A DNA stretch of 57,431 nt from Octopus bimaculoides. Lineage: Eukaryota. Below the pieces are notes generated by a model. The model was not told where the DNA came from, made no database searches, and was given only the letters and a program-made list of their open reading frames with translations. The stretch covers positions 28,843,619 through 28,901,049 of the forward strand of contig NC_069001.1 in NCBI RefSeq assembly GCF_001194135.2, in the 5' to 3' direction. A program made the position numbers and the translations under genes. Every line of letters begins with the position of its first letter. The first letter of the stretch is position 1. Positions 27,342 to 40,584 of this stretch are shown here, piece after piece.

Positions 27342-28649
27342 TATGAAGATCACTGTTCCTGCAGTTGTTATTGTAACTGTAGCTAAATTTTAGCTTTTTA
27401 CGGGTAACTTGGTCCACATTATCCAAGATGCCATCATTTATTAAAGATTTTAGTTTATCTCTAGCATTTGGAATGACTATGTAGAATATTGCTTCTCAAC
27501 CATTTTTATTTATGGGTGCGTTGGATCCTTACTTTACTCGAATGGACGCTCTTGTGATTTGATATTAAAAATCAACAACCTATTATATTTTTATAATTAA
27601 ATATTGGAAGCTGTATGAATGTCTTGCAAACAACTCGCACATTCAAGTGCTACCAGTCGAGAACTCCGCATACCGGAAGCCAGCAAGTGTATGGGGTCAG
27701 CAGGAGAGAATGCGCGCCGTTTCGGGGCCTACCTCTCGACGACATCAATGCTCACCGGCCCCCACTCACTGACATGAGGCCTCGCTTGCTAGATCAACTG
27801 GTTATTAAAAACAAAGCTCAATATTTCTCTAGCCATCGCTCATCGTCTCTTTTTAACTGATAAAATATTTTGTGTAGCGTAGAAGCATAACCAATGCATT
27901 TCAGATACATTTAAACAACGAAATCATATTTGGATTCCCAAGAGCCATATGAACCCTGGTTGGGACCAATACATGTAGAGAATACTTCAGTGATACGTAC
28001 CGAAAACATTATTTAAGATATAAATATAACATTTGATTATAAGATAACCAGTTTTGCGTCCAGCGTTGACTTGTTCATTGACACGTGATTTCTGACATTC
28101 GATCTAACAGAGCAGTTAATACGAGGTCATTGATCCTTTAAAAACTGTGGCTGTCTATATTCCTCAATTCACATATCTCCTTCTTTATAATAGATAGATT
28201 TTATAGATTTCTCCAGAGTATACATTTGGTCATAGGTCAACTCGATCACGGCTGGCCTGGGGCTAAAAAAATAATTTCAACAACCCCAATAGTTTTCTAA
28301 TGTGTAGTTATAAAATAATGCAGAATCTAAACGATGTTGAGGGAGGAAGCAGGATAAAATTTGTGAATGTTTTATCAACACAGATATAGCGTCACCTTGT
28401 TGAACCAAGTTCAGCAGAGCTTTCAACAGAAACAGTTATGTAACGTTGAGCTATTACCGTTATTTTCTTATCGATAGCCAAATGCATTCAGGCTGGGTCG
28501 CGTCACATACACACACAAACACACACAATTGAAGTTGAACCCTGACGGATTACCAATTATAGCACTTACGCAGCATACATATTGGTATAGATAATCCCTG
28601 AACTAAACCCCTCATATGCTCTCTCTCTCTTTCTCTCTCTCTCTCTTTT

Positions 28650-28684
<35 letters not shown>

Positions 28685-31398
28685 ATCTCTCTCTCTCTAT
28701 ATATATATATGTAAAATTCGTTTATTTGTTTCAGTCATTTGACTGTGTCCATAATGGAGCACTGGCTTTAGTCAAACGAATCGACCCCAGGATTTATTCT
28801 TTGTTAGCCTATTACTTACTTTTGCCGAACCGCAGCTATAGTAGAAAACACTTACCCAAGGTGTCACACAATGGAACTGAACCCGGAACCATGTATATAT
28901 AATCGTTCGTACATTATACAATTCTTATTGTAAAGCGGTAGTTTGGAATTCGAACGAATTAGAGTTACAAAAATAGGTTGCTATCCCTTTGTGGCTTGCA
29001 TCATGGAAACAATCTACAAATTCAGGCTGCTCTGTTTGTTATACTGTCAAAATATAACTGAGTACAGCCTAATATATAATAGCGACAGAAGCAGTATTAA
29101 TATAGAGAGGTAATATAAATTTCGACTCACACGTGGATGTTCTGTTAGAGAGAAACTCCCATATTGGCTTTTCTTGGTGCAAAATGCACACATTTATTTC
29201 ACCGGAGGGGAGATAAGCCTCTGTATGTCCAGCGCTGAGACGACCAGTTCACGTGATTTCGACGTTGTTTGGTCATGGCAATGATGGACACTTGACCTCT
29301 ACATATAGCAACGATTCCTCTCCTCCGCCAGCGATATATAGAATAACAGTACCAGAATAGGCGCTGTTATTCTATTAGCCAGTGAACTTGTTTGATAAGA
29401 GATATCAGTTACAGAGGCAATATTAATGCTGAGAGGAAATAAATATCGCCACTTAAACGTGGATGCTCTATTAAAACAAATTATACTGCGGTAGAGAGTT
29501 TCTCATGAGTGGCAAATGATATATGGTAATATTTATGTAAAAACAGAACAACGTTTACCATATATGTTATCAATGATATATTTTAGTCTATCATTTGATC
29601 CCATTCAATACATGATTGAAACATTTATCAAAAATGCAATATCTGTTGGTTCAAGGATTAGCACAATTGCAAACTTTATTATAACGGTTGATAAAATATT
29701 TTGCGTTATTTATTGAAGGTCCTTCCTTTAATTTCTTAATTCAGATCCTGCCAAGATCAGTTTTGTCAGTATTCTCTAAAGTTGCCAATCATGGAGTAAG
29801 CATTAATCTAACAGCGGCGAACTTTCCCTCCATATCGTGTGTACTTAAATGAGTTGAACGCAGGTAGCGATTAAATAATAGACAAAATACACAATTTAAA
29901 ATACGTTCCACTACTTTAAGAGATTGGGCAACATACTAACCTAATTCTGTTCTAACTTATAACAATCAAGGATATTCATTGTGCTCTAGGTCATTTAATG
30001 CATTTGGAAAGAATGCTAACGTATAAATGAGATAAAAGAAACCACCATACTTCTGGCTCTACATATTCAGGGCTGGAGGTGGAACCAAGTGTATTAGCTA
30101 ATAAAATATTTACTGAACAGTTTTACATATCGACCTCGTTAAACGGGATGATCTCTTACATTTAGAGCTAGTTAAACTGGAGTGTATGCAATATAAGAAA
30201 TATGAGTGAAGGGAATACTATTTCTTTTTTTCTTATACACACAACGTATGTTTTATTTCAAAACATTACACGTTTTGCAAACATAATTAATCAACAGACG
30301 TTTCGCATAACTTCTCACACGGATATTTTGCGTATATACAGAATGTTTAACAAAGGGATTCAAAGGGTTGGATCTGGCAGAGTTCATGATAATATGTTGG
30401 ACAAATAACAAAATCGCTTACTCTTCGTAGCTTTTGCAACCCATTTCCTAATGCAATCAAATCTAAGTGACGTGACAGCTAAATTAATATGTATTATATC
30501 CGTGTGTCTGTGTGTACATGCATACAGCATTCTCTAATTTCCTATACGAGTATTCAGTATTTTACTTCACTTTCATGGTCAGTTTCATATGCTTGAGATA
30601 TGTGAAACGGTGTTGTTTTTCTTTCTTCGTGCGATGTACGAGTTGCTCTTTATATTCTTTAAACGAAATAGTTAAACAATTAGGACAAACGAAAACAACA
30701 AAAAAACTATATCTACAATCTTATTTATTCTGCATATGATCGATTTCAGGATGTATTAAGCTATAGGATTCTCAATACTCTATATAACATCAAGTAAATG
30801 TAACCATCCAAGAATGCTATATCTGTTTTGCTTTATTGCAATATCTTGTTGTTTATGGCTGTGTTCTATCATTGTTACAACCGCAGTTTGACTTCGTAAT
30901 TGAATACAGTGTAACTGGCACTGGAAGAATGCATTATAAAACAAAAAAGCCTATATTTAAGTAGTGAAAAATTGCATCCATAAATATAAATCCAAGATTT
31001 TGGAGCTCAATAAACTACCGGTGACCGTTCCATTTGACCTTTGGTTATATCCATTTTCTATATCTAGAGAATAAATATCTCTGTTCATTTGAATCTGTAA
31101 GTTTACAATGTATTTAAAGCAGGACAGAAGAAGAATGGCAATATAAGTTATTGCTGAACATTTGCAGAATTCTACTGCACCAATGCGATTTATTTTTGTA
31201 TAAATTCTAACAAATAGTGGTCATATACTGTCAAAGTTTGTAAAGATAGGTTAAATACTTAAATGGAGAGGATGACAGCACTTTTTATGGAATACTTGGG
31301 ACATGATAAGTTCGTATTCAGTTCTTTATATAGAACATATGAAAGAATCTCATTAATATATTGCGTATAGCTACGATTATGATGAACGACATTTCACA

Positions 31399-31431
<33 letters not shown>

Positions 31432-32247
31432 AAATATATCAGAAACCGAAGGAAAAATATAATAATGTATAATAGAGGGAAAGAAAGCATGGCCTGGTAA
31501 AATGGGAACATACTTAAAATAAAATACGGATGTGACCTCCTATTATGCATAAAAGTGCTTTCTACTAGATAATCTCTAGTAGAGAGATGTCTGTTTCCAT
31601 GTCCACAAATTAAGCGCGTTCTAAGTGATCTTAATTAAATCTGACATGACTTAGCTCTAGTTGAGGCTGCAGATCTGAATATATAATCAAGAATCGTATC
31701 GTTGAAAGTTGGTAAACTGCCAAGTGTTGGTAAACCACAAATCAACGAATCTCGATGACTCCTGGCATATTTTCAGTGACCTAGGACCATTTATGTTTTG
31801 TTTTGTTTTTTCCTGGACATAGTGTTGTACTGCTGAACGAATGGATCAATTTCCAGCTAAACGGCTCATTTTTACTAATTTTCTTTTTTTTTTTTCTGCT
31901 TTCTCCCAATAAATTTGCTAAAATGTTGGTGAGAATGCCAAGCCTGTATATTACAGGAGATTTCCACTCTGAAATTGCGTTTGTAATTTCATAGCAGAGA
32001 GAAGGCATTTGCCTTTGTGTTGAAGGGCATATTAGGAATGGCGGGGTCGACTTCTCCCTTTCTTATGTTATAGATATGATATATGTCCTGTTATTTTGAT
32101 ATATTACATTTTTATTTCTTTTCAATACGTGTATATATTATTATTGCTTTTCTCACTCCTATGGAAACGCAGGTTTTACAAATCGTCCTTTTCTGATACT
32201 GTAATAGGACAATAAAAGACTCCATTGTCTTCGTCGTCATCATCATT

Positions 32248-32924
32248 AAGGAGGTGAGATGGCAGAATCGGTAGCACGCAGGACAAAATGCATATCGATA
32301 CTTTATTCACCTTTATGTTCTGCGTTCAAATTTTGCCGAAGTCACCTTCGCTTTTCATCCTTTCTGGGTCGACAAAATAAGTATCAGTGTAACAGTGGGT
32401 CCGATGTAATCGACTAGTCCCCTCCCACACATTTTTCAGCTTTTATGCATTCAGTAGAAAGGATTATTATAATTATTATTGTTCTTGTAGTTGTTGTATA
32501 ATGTTGGTGATCTGGCAGACTCGTAAGCGCGTTGGGCAAAATACTCAACCGTATTTAATACGGTTCTTTACGTTCTGAATTCAAATTCTGTTGAGAGTTA
32601 ACTTTAACGTCTGCGGTCGATAAAATAAGTACCAGTTGATTACTGGGTCGATATTAACAACTAACCCCTCCCCAAAAATTGCTGGCTTTATGCCGAAATT
32701 TGAAGCCAGTATTATGAGAGTGTTAGGTGGAGAGCTGGCAGAATAGTTAGCACGACGGGGATTTCGTCCGGCTTAAGTTTCTGAGTTCTAATACCTTCCA
32801 GGTCAGATTTACCTTCCATCCTTTTGCGGTCGATAATATAAGTGCCAGTTTAGCGCTGCGGGCTGCTGTAAACAATTTACGCCCTCCCTGCGAATGTGGT
32901 TGCCTTGTGCTATATTTTGAAACC
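32248..32924 (+). mobile_element. Three head-to-tail SINE family 2 copies
   Basis: TGGCAGA heads recur at ~32248, ~32501 and ~32725, each followed by TTCAAATT...GTCGA(T/C)AA.ATAAGT...CCCCTCC body and tail. Confidence 0.85.
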
Positions 32925-33021
32925 ATTATAAGAAGATCCTCGAACGAATATAATAATTATCGTCATCGTTGCTACTACCATCGTCATTATTATCATTTTA
33001 CCCCTCTATATAAATACTTGC

Positions 33022-33405
33022 CCGTGGTGGCGCAATGGCCCAGTGGTTAGGGCAGTGGACTCGCGGTCATAGGATCGCGGTTTCGATTCCCAGACCGGGC
33101 GTTGTAAGTGTTTATTGAGCGAAAATACCTAAAAGCACCACGAGGCTCCGGCAGGGTATGGTGGCGAACCCTGCTGTACCCTTTCACCACAACTTTCTCT
33201 CACTCTTACTGTTTCTGTTGTGCCTGTAATCCAAAGGGTCAGCCTTGTCACACTGTGTCACGCTGAATATCCCCGAGAACTACGTTAAGGGTACACGTGT
33301 CTGTGGAGTGCTCAGCCACTTGCACGTTAATTTCATGAGCAGGCTGTTCCGTTGATCGGATCAACTGGAACCCTCGACGTCGTAAGCGACGGAGTGCCAG
33401 CACAC
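33022..33405 (+). mobile_element. Full-length tRNA-derived SINE with 12-bp TSD
   Basis: A-box TGGCCCAGTGG and B-box GTTTCGATTCC. TSD ATAAATACTTGC at 33010-33021 and 33406-33417. Confidence 0.9.
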
Positions 33406-34006
33406 ATAAATACTTGCTATACGTTACTGTATCTCACTGATAAAAACTGTTGCTGATAATTCTCTAATATAATTTATACATTTAGTTATTGTTGGTTTTT
33501 ATTATAGAAAATAGCTTTTTAAGTTTATTATTGTTGTTGACTTTTTTTTTATTAATTGTTGAGATTTCTTTTTATTTCTGTAATTTTTTTTTGTCTCGAA
33601 ACATTATTCTTTCGGAATTTCATTAACTCACTACTAATTACTGCAAATGTGATATGATGAGTTCATGTTACTGCTGATGATTAAACAGAGAAGATTTAAC
33701 TAATGATTCCTATTACGAACGATGATATATATATATATGATGGTGGTGGTGGTGGTGGTGGTGGTGGATCTCCGTCGTTGTCTGTCAGATGAATAAACTT
33801 CTCCAGCGTTATCGCATTTGTGGTTGAGCATTCTACTGATAAGTGTAACCTGGACGTAATTATCAGGTCAATAAAACATCAGTGTGACATTGTCAACATA
33901 TACAATAAAACGAAATAGAATAGATGCTATTTCTATAACCATTTGGATTACGTTGCATCCATAGAAATACTTGCATAAGGTGAATGATTCGAGATTGTAT
34001 TAAACA

Positions 34007-34422
34007 AAGGCGATCTGGCAGAAACGTTATCACACCGGTCAAAATGCTTAGGAGCACTTTGTCCGTTTTTACTTGCCGAGTTCAAAGAGCGCCGGGGTTG
34101 ACTTTGCCTTAAATCATTTCAGGGTCGATAAAATAAAGACCACTTGAATCATGGGATTGATGTAATCGAATATCGTCTACCCAGAAAATTTCAGGCCACC
34201 CGTCAACTGCAGAAAGAAATATATTCATTTCTACTCTAGGCACAAGGCCCGAATTTTTTATTATTATTTTTTTTTTTTTTTGCAACTGGTACTTAACCTA
34301 TTGACACCGGAAGGATGAAAGGCAAAGTCAAGCTAGGCGGAATTTGAACTCAGAACGTAAAGATAGACGAAGTATCACTAAGCATTTCGCCCGACGTACT
34401 AAAGTTTCTGCCAGCTCGCCGC
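34007..34422. mobile_element. Tail-to-tail inverted pair of SINE family 2 copies
   Basis: A + copy at 34007-~34220 is followed by a - copy at ~34224-34422 ending GCCAGCTCGCCGC. Confidence 0.8.
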
Positions 34423-34790
34423 ATTTAGATGTAATAACATTGCAATATTAATATTATTTTAAGTGCGAATATACTTGATGCGCGTTCGAAATGGGGAACA
34501 AGCTATTTACTGCGTTTTATCACGGATAATATATCTTGGTTGTTGACATATGGCGTGTATAGACCTAGATCCCCTCGCAGCGCTACCTACCAAGACAGTG
34601 AGATGCTAGCATTTCGGAGTATTATCTCCTCATCGGTCAGAGACACTAGGCAGACGACGCTACGAGTTCAATTAAGAGAATTACTTCTCTTATGCTTTTC
34701 CAGCGACTTCGCTATGACTGGTAGCGCTATACAGCGGGTCACCGTAAATAAATTACAGAGGGGGAGCGCTGAACATTGATAACTAAACAA

Positions 34791-35001
34791 TGATTTCAAT
34801 TTTTTGCGACAAGGGCAGCTTGGGGGAGGGATTAAGTAAAATACATCGACCCGTTGCGTAACTGGTGCTTATTTAATCGACCCAAAATGGATGACAGGCA
34901 AAGTCGACCTCGGCAGAATTTGAGCTCAGAACGTAGCGACGGGCGAAATACCGCTAAGCATTTCGCACGGCGCACTAACGATTCTGCAAGTTCGCTGCCT
35001 T
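34791..35001 (-). mobile_element. SINE family 2 copy 81 bp upstream of exon C
   Basis: GGCAAAGTCGACCTCGGCAGAATTTGAGCTCAGAACGTAGCG...GCACTAACGATTCTGCAAGTTCGCTGCCTT. Confidence 0.9.
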
Positions 35002-35082
35002 AGTGATAACTAAATTATGTTAAGCGTGAAGTTATCAAGTGTGACATCACAGAACTAATACAGGAATGTCTTTCTTTTCTAG

Positions 35083-35184
35083 GTCGGTGTATGGAATTTG
35101 AATACAGGAACAAACTTTTCAATTCCACAGACAGAACCTGCCCCTCCATTCGGAAACAAAACAATGGTGGTGACCACTATACTG
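35083..35184 (+). CDS. Ionotropic glutamate receptor (kainate-like), internal exon C, ATD-S1 linker and start of ligand-binding S1
   Basis: Acceptor tttcttttctAG and donor GTAAGA. 102 nt, phase 0/0, reading VGVWNLNTGTNFSIPQTEPAPPFGNKTMVVTTIL. IG.W is the expected continuation after GL.K, and N.T..VTTIL is the AMPA/kainate S1 start. The intron from exon B is ~24.9 kb. Confidence 0.93.
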
Positions 35185-35904
35185 GTAAGACTGTCTTTAT
35201 TTTTCCAGTAATTATCTTATTGATATATAGTTCCTTCATCTCCTACCCTTCCTCCAACACCTGGCCATATGTTATCATTCCACTATTTTCCAGTTTCTTT
35301 ATAATGTCTCAGCTTAACTTTTTCGTCCTTGTAAGCATGATGGTCCATATCTTACTTTGCAATTTGTTGATTTGCCCCAAAATCAGGCCATGTCCTATTA
35401 TCTTCATTTGTGGCTGAATGTGAGATTATATATNNNNNNNNNNAATTACTATGAAGCATTGTGTAGAATATATCGTATAAATGATCGTAGGTAAGGCCAA
35501 AACAATGCGAAGTAAATGCAAGGTAAATCAAAAGGAAACAAATATGTGAATTAATGTATGCTTACCTTGTATTCAATATTTCGGAGTTATGACACCATTT
35601 TCTAGAACTTCATGTATGCCACCGATGTGCCTGTGTGCGCGTGCGCGTGGTAGACATTCACAGACATGTGTTGTTATAGCAACCAGCTAGCTTCCTCTAA
35701 CAGCCTTCTGCGCATGTCCACTCCACACACGCTCACACCTACGCACTTCGGCAAGAATCGTCAATTTCTTGAAAATGGGGTCATAACTCCGAAATATTGA
35801 AAACAAGGTAAGTCTACATTATGTCACGTTTGTTTTCTTGTGACTTACCTTGCATACTTCGCATAGTTTTGACCTTATCCACAATCTTTTATACATTATA
35901 TTTA

Positions 35905-35969
<65 letters not shown>

Positions 35970-36163
35970 TTATATGTAGGTATTATGTATGTATGTATGT
36001 ATGTATGTGTTCGTACATATACATATACGCGTGCAATATTTGCTTGTTCTTCTGTCTTTGTTACTTAATATTATGTAATATATGTGTCCTTATATATAAA
36101 CATACAGGCAAGTATCTATACATGTATATGTATATATGTGTATTTATATTCATATATATGAAT

Positions 36164-36223
<60 letters not shown>

Positions 36224-36689
36224 TGTATCAGCGTATGTCTATGTTGCTTATGTTCATTGTGTGTTCTAGTTATTTATACAATATTCTATTGCAGACACTT
36301 TTAGAACCTATTTTACCAATCGGGATTTCGTATGCTAGAATTCGATGAATCTTTTATTAGCATTCATCAGACATATCTTGACTAGACTAAAGTTACCTTT
36401 CTGAGTTTTAACCTATACAGTCCTAACGCTACGGTTTCATACACCATCCGCATACTTTATGTGGCACGTGACACACGTTGTAATCAACTATGAAGGGGTT
36501 CATGGCATACGTTTCCTAGCATATTTTGATGAATCTCAGAGTTATATTTCACTAATTCTCAGATACGAATCTTATTGGAAAACTCGTCTGAAAGAAGTCT
36601 GCAATGGTGTACTGCATAAATAATTTGTATACCCATTCTCATGAGAAATATGCGTGTTTGTACTTTTGATTCTTGTATCCTTAAAGCCC

Positions 36690-36727
<38 letters not shown>

Positions 36728-38431
36728 AGTATTTATCCACGTATATATCATTTTTTCCAAGCTTTCCTTTGCTACTTACATATTTCAATTAGTATCATAA
36801 ATAATTGAAATGTGCTTATTTATGTAGGTATGTATGTAATGTTCTATGTATATTAATGTATAAGTATATGCTTATGTATGTATGTATGTATGGTTGCAAG
36901 CATGATAGTATGTGAGTATGTTTGTATGGATGGGTGGGTAGATGGACGGATGCATGCATGGATGATAAACAGATTTCTCCAACAGGAGAGAGTCTTACAT
37001 GGAGGAATGTTTCGAATGGCGCAGGCTTTGTGCATCTTCCAACCTAAAAAAAATGTAACTGGTCAATATGTATCATTCTTAAATCAAAATCATGTAAGGT
37101 TGAGAAGGGTGGTCGCTCGTATGTTGATAATTGATTTTGTTTTTCATTTCCTCATCGAAATCTGTGATACGTATTATGATGGTCAAATCAGTCCTTCAAG
37201 AAAAAATTACATTATATATACAAATTTTCGTGCATGCGCAGGTAAGCGTGTGTACTCATACCCACGCAGGGTTAAAATGTATAACTCCTGTGGCTAGGGA
37301 ATGAATTTCTTATACAGTTATAATAAATACTAAAGTATGATAAATTTTTTGTTATTAATATTAAGTTCGATTTGAGGGAAAGAAAAGAAAACCCCTGGTA
37401 AGCATTGCGATAGATTCCCTTGAACTGAGAAAAGAAAATAATTTAATGAATCAAGAATTACTCAGAATTGGCTACCCTCAAGTAAAGTACGCGTTTTTAA
37501 AGTCAATTTTACAACTCTAAACACCTGCTTCCGCCTCAAAGGGTTGTTTGAGCACAGCAAGTATCTTTATCTGACGTCTTGTTAAAGATATACACAACGA
37601 CTATAATATTTTTGGCCTGCAGCTATTCGCATAATTAAGCTATATAAGTGCCTATATACAATATATATNNNNNNNNNNNNNNNNNNNNNNNNNNNNNNNN
37701 NNNNNNNNNNNNNNNNNNNNNNNNNNNNNNNNNNNNNNNNNNNNNNNNNNNNNNNNNNNNNNNNNNNNGTGTGTGTGTGTGTGTGTGTGTGCATTTATAT
37801 ATAACCTCGATTAGGATTTCGGAGCGTGAGTTCAAATTATTTGAGCGCTACTAGATATTTTTTATATATCTACCATCTCTGGATCTTACCTGATGGCTAT
37901 TCACACACACATGCACATATACACCTGCCGATGTGTGTGTATATTTATTTATACATATATACAGTTTCGTTTCCCAGCGATATAGATGTGTATGGTTTTA
38001 GGTATCATGCGTCGATATGAGGTCCTCACCTGGCACATAATGCAGTATTCAAAGTTCTAACGCTACATTCACGTAAAGTTGGATATAAAGTTTGCGTTTT
38101 GGCATTACTACTAGTTCTGCCGCTAATGATTATGTAATTATTATTTTAGTAAACATCTTGGCTATTTGTGATATTAGTGCCTGAATAGTCACTGATTTCA
38201 TATAACGCCGGTAGTAAGATTGGACTGGGATACGTCTACAGGATGCCTGCCACTGAGGAGAAAGTCCAAATTACGAGATCTGATGCCCATAACAGATGTA
38301 TGTTCTCTAATAGCATTATAGATATGTGTGTTTTTATGTACTGTTCTTTCATTTGAGAGGTCCCGTCAAGTATCCGGTGCTATATCGATATTTCCACGTT
38401 AAGTTAGATATAATTGCTTTATATATATATA

Positions 38432-38767
38432 TCTTTTCTTTTTACTTGTTTCAGTCACTTCACTGTGGCCATACTGGAGCACTGGCTTTAGTTGAGTAAA
38501 TCGACCCCGGGACTTATTCTTTGAAAGCCTAGTACTTATTCTATCTGTCACTTAGACCGAACCGCTAAGTTACGGGAACGTAAACGCACCAGCATCGATT
38601 GTCAAGCGATGTTCGGGGACAAACGCAGACACACAAACACGTATACACACACACACATATATATATACATATACATATATACAACGGGCTTCTTTCAGTT
38701 TCCGTCTGCCAAATCCACCCACAAGGCTTTCGTCGGCCCGAGGCTATAGTAGAAGACACTCGCCCAA
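38432..38767 (-). mobile_element. SINE family 1 copy, head truncated
   Basis: Reverse-complement homology to the body and tail of family 1. Confidence 0.85.
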
Positions 38768-39747
38768 AGTAAGATGTAAATTAGACACATTATATATCTG
38801 GCGGTATTTTGAATTCCAGTGGCATAAGTGGTAATTATGGTTTCTCGATCATGCCGTATTAATATTTTCATGAAATGTGCCATCTATAACTGTCGATCAT
38901 AATAACTACGTAGCACGTAGCTTATCACTGATTCTCTTATTGGTAATACCAATTCGTTGCATTGTGAAAGATTATTTATCAATTAAAAACTCTTCCCCAG
39001 TAACGGCTTTACTACACATAGTGTAAAATCCATGCCTTAAACTTGTACGCACGTTTTAGAGTTTCCCTTTCAAGAGTGATTTTCCTAACATGCAATAATA
39101 GCACACTAGTACCAAGGAAACGAACATTGAAATTGAGTTAAAATTTTGCCTCTTTGTTACTGTTCACTCTTGTAAAAGTAACATGCAAGTAGCCATCAAT
39201 GTACTCCCTACCGGCTTAAAATTGGAATGGCAAATCGTATATGAATACTGCTCGAAGCGAAGGACATTCTATTATCATCTCTAGCGACTTCGATTCGGCC
39301 TGAAATAACCAAACAGTAACATAAACGACAGCAACAACAACAACAATAGTGATGACAACAACGATGTCGGCCGTCGGCCATAACAGCACAACAAGGCACC
39401 TATCGGACATTAGTGTTCCCAATTCTAATAAATGCAAATAATATAATGACGACAACTATAATGAAAGGAACAGCAACGATGGCATTGAATTTTATCTGGA
39501 AATGGCAGAATTGAATATGTTTGTTCTCGTTATTTTCTGCGTTCAAATCCAGCCGCAATCAACATAGAGGGTTTCTCTCTGCGGTGAATTAAATGTAGTA
39601 CCCGTGAAGTTCTGTAGCTATTGTCACAAACTAAACCACGACCATTCGAAATTTCCGACCTTTTTCCTAGGGTAGAAAATTGAGCAATGCATGGAGGAAT
39701 CATTAGAAAGTCGGATATAGGACCTTCTGGTATTTATGTATATATAA

Positions 39748-40076
39748 TAGGTGTAGGAGTGGCTGTGTGGTAAGTAGCTTCCTTACCAACCGCATGGTTC
39801 CGGTCTCAGTCCCACTGCGTGTCACCTTGGGCAAGTGTCTTCTACTATAGCCTCGGGCCGACCTAAGCCTTGTGAGTGGATTTGGTAGACAGAAACTGAA
39901 AGAAGCCCGTCGAATATATGTATGTATATATATATATATATNNNNNNNNNNGTCCCCGTAACTTAGCGGTTCGGCAAAAGGGTTCGATAGAATAAGTACT
40001 TGACTTACAAAGAATAAGTCCTGGAGTCGATTTGCTTGACTAAAGGCGATGCTCCAGCATGACCACAGTCAAATGA

Positions 40077-40078
<2 letters not shown>
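39748..40078 (+). mobile_element. SINE family 1 copy (gap inside its microsatellite)
   Basis: GGAGTGGCTGTGTGGTAAGTAGCTT head through GACCACAGTCAAATGACTG tail. Confidence 0.9.
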
Positions 40079-40117
<39 letters not shown>

Positions 40118-40537
40118 CACGCAAATGCAAAAATATGCACATATATTCATATATGTATGTGTGAAGATAAAAGATATATATAAATGTACTTATGTGTATG
40201 TACACACTCACACAAATGACACACACACACATATCTATGCATACATATATATATCAGTACATTAACTACTAGCCGACACTCACATTGGTAACGACATTAT
40301 CATTTATCCTTCCAATATCGAGAAATTAATTAATGGTCTTGAATTGTAGTACTGTAATCTATATAATTTACTACACTGCTTCATTACTAAGTTGAGATCT
40401 TGTATTAACATAGGAAATCATTATTATCATTAATACCATTATGTGTCGCAATTATATTACTGGCGTTATAACATTAATTCATCCCTTAATCATTCTTCGT
40501 CCCTCCATGTCTTCTCTTTCTATTCTTTTCTCTATTT

Positions 40538-40584
<47 letters not shown>

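Noticed and set aside
35091-35417. 108-aa + strand ORF overlapping exon C
   Set aside because: It is in a different frame from the iGluR-homologous reading. In the receptor frame, read-through of the donor hits TAA after eight codons.
36527-36592. C/D box snoRNA reading (TTGATGA ... CTGA)
   Set aside because: The C box lacks the purine, the terminal stem is weak, and the homologous inverted copy has no D box.
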